DNA from: Amphiscolops sp. MND2022
Taxonomy: Eukaryota
DNA length: 64,000 nt
Direction of reading: 5' to 3'
Assembly (NCBI GenBank): GCA_964187785.1
Contig: OZ076417.1
Coordinates: 55,552,001 to 55,616,000, forward strand
Shown in pieces: positions 61,415 to 64,000 of the stretch. Positions within the stretch are counted from its first letter, which is position 1. Every line of letters starts with the position of its first letter. The translations under genes were made by a program, and so were the position numbers. The notes below the pieces were generated by a model that was not told where the DNA came from, searched no databases, and worked only from the letters and a program-made list of their open reading frames with translations.

Positions 61415-64000
61415 TTGTTATCTCTATTCTGTTTACCCATAAATTAAATCATCAGATTTTGAATACATGATGAACATCAGGTTTTTCAAGAAAACTGAAT
61501 TATACGCTCCATTAATTAAACCTTCCGATTGTGTCGTAACAGCAAAACGTTCACAAATAGAATGAATGTTCCAGCTAGTTTTTAAGAGCAATTGGAGTCG
61601 TATGTAATTTTGCACCTTTGGATAAAGTGTTTTGAAATGTTCCATTATATGCAGTGTTCAAGTTGAAATCCTAATTTGGTGATGACCCAGTGGTGAGTGA
61701 AAAAAAGGAAACGCCAAAATAGGGATTATCCACTTTTCCAATGCGCTCGAAGTTTCTTCGTATGAACAAAAGTTCAAAACTAATAATAATGAAAAATTAG
61801 CTGAAAAATATCAACAAAAAACTGTTTTGCCTGCAATCTTTCGAATTACATTCTAGCTGAGTTGGTGGAACTTTCATGTTGATCTGAAGAATCTTGGTCG
61901 CCAAAATGGCAAACTTCAAAACAACAACATCAAAAGGATTTCATTGTTTTATGCGATCCAACAAAAAGCCCTCGTTGAAATACCAAACAAATTGGCTACA
62001 AAGCAACTTTGAGATGCAACATCTTTAGGCACAATTGTTTGAGTACTTTTCTTGAAGTGGACGAATTGTGAGTTGAACAAATCTTTGTTCAAATCTAAGC
62101 AGGAAAATGCTAACATATCAACGCTTTCAACTTGAACGAACGTGGCAATGTAACTTCTCCATTTTCACCATCAAAGACTCCGAGAAAACATGGATAATAT
62201 ATTTTAGTAATACTGTTATATGTGTAAAAACAATGTAACTTCAATGCCTCTTACAAGTGCTTTGATGTACAAGGTATGTTTAGAATACTGGTGATGTTTA
62301 GATACTGAGCAAATTGATGGTTTACATCCAGTTTTGGCAGTACTTATTCAAACAAAGGAGTTTAGCCAAAAAAGCTGCTATATTTGATGTCCTTAGACAA
62401 GTACCCTTTTTGGTAGCAACCGATGCTTGCACAATTTCGCGAATGGCACCATATTTGCATATATCCGAAGTGCAATCTAGCAATCTTTTCAAAATTGAAT
62501 TCAAATTCAACCATTAGATTAGGATCCATAAAAACTAGAAGGTAATAAACGCCTCAAAAGGAACAATTACCAATTTATACTGAAAATGGGCGTGACACGG
62601 TGAAGGATACGAATTTTTTGGGAAAGAGAACGTTTTTTGATAGTTTTGTTCGAACACATCAATGTTTCATTCCGTATAAGTTTAATTAGAACGAATATAT
62701 TGTTTTTAGTGGTTTCTAAAAGTTAACTAGATAGTGGAAACCTCACCAAGTTTTTCGACTTATTTGTACGCGCGGGATTTACTCACAAAATAGAATTTCA
62801 AGTTGTTTTTTAAATTTTTTTATTATAATGTGTCGGCATAAAAGGTAGGGACGAATAGTTGTTCCAACCATTCTTTAATTTCTGTGATTGTGTGACTCAT
62901 TGAAAGTAATAAAGTTACGCACCTCGGAAAGATGTAGGACATTTTTTCTTTCATTTTTCACGTTTAAAAAGGATTCTACTTTACTACGCATTAGAAGACC
63001 ATCGCAAACTAAAAACGAAGGTTTAACAAGATAAGTGGTATTGGATAACTGCTTCAGTGCAAAATCCGCCGCATGTCAAAGTATTTTCAAAAAAGTTTCT
63101 TTTTTGCTGTAACGTTCTGCACCGAAAACACCCTAAGTGAAAATTCAAGGATCTTCTGACCACAGGATTTTTCAAATTTCAATTTGTCTACGAACTTGCA
63201 TTTTTAATCTGTGAAAAGTGCTGACCTGTAGTGATTAGATTTCTATTCAGATCATCGAAAAACTTTTCCACGATTTTTCCATAGCGTGACAGCAATTAAA
63301 TTAAAGTCGATTTGAATTAGCTGAAGTTTACCAGTATCAATTATGAAGATTTTAGACATGCTAACATATGCCCAGAAAGACATATTTTTGATGAGATGAA
63401 CTTTGAAGTTTTGGCATGCTTTATATGAGAGAATTATAAGTTTCACATATAAGAGTACAGTCGCAGCCACAAAAAAACATGCGAAGTAGGATTCCTCAAA
63501 GTCTAGAAATTCCTCAATAGACTAGAAAGAAAGTGGGGTTGTGATGTTCATCATCTAACCAATTGGATGATTGCGGAAAAGCCTGAAATTATTGACAGGC
63601 GAAAGCTTAGAATTATCAATAGTAATGGAATTTAGTTCACTTGTTATGTCCACGTTAATATAAATCGTTCACAGGGGTGCACGTTTTCAAGAGTCGAACT
63701 TCATTTTTTATCAGACACGAATTGCGGGTGTAAACATCGCTAAAATATGAGAATTAGTTTGAAAATAAATTTTCCATCTTATTGAAAGAGCCTAAAAAAC
63801 TTAAAAACCTGAACGCAATCACTGCATTTTTCAGATTACGACAGTGAGTTCTGAATGCAGTATTCCTCGGGTTGCCAGAAAACTGACAGATGGGGAATTT
63901 AGACACCTTCGCGAAAATCTGGTGGCTGGTAATCTGAGTATCTTGTGAGGGCAGCACGGGCGAATGAAAGGTGCGGGCGATCTGCAAGTAATACGGAACT

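Noticed and set aside
61850-63560. Minus-strand patches with protein-like translation
   Set aside because: Multiple stops and frameshifts, no recognisable motif and no consistent splice sites, so they cannot be assigned.

Overview
AT-rich eukaryotic (animal-like) genomic DNA with two N gaps, dominated by transposable elements. No prokaryotic genes, rRNA or CRISPR array. Three full-length Gypsy/Ty3 LTR retrotransposons with matching target-site duplications (TSDs): element A (15731-21553, +, 203-bp LTRs, TSD GCGGG), element B (26012-41479, -, 1480-bp LTRs, TSD GTTAT) and element C (46161-60867, +, TSD GTTTA, 5' LTR internally deleted). A truncated relative of A is at the window start. B and C are diverged members of one giant (~15 kb) family. 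Besides gag-pol, both carry (i) a ~1300-codon ANTISENSE gene with three spliceosomal introns at identical positions and phases in both elements, encoding a BED-like zinc finger and a hAT-transposase-like region, (ii) a sense ORF3 with a SUMO-interaction-like motif that reads through the polypurine tract and ends inside the 3' LTR, as HIV nef does, and (iii) a ~213-codon Gag N-terminal extension encoded inside the LTR. Three phase-1 exons of a probable host gene (minus strand; ShK-like, helical linker, TSP1-like) flank an inferred 26.6-kb intron containing A and B. The rest is MITEs and non-autonomous DNA transposons (hAT-, Tc1/mariner-, CACTA-, Kolobok-like), a tRNA-derived SINE, long palindromes and one unassigned ORF. 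All alignments and counts were done by eye, and family assignments are by motif recognition without database searches.
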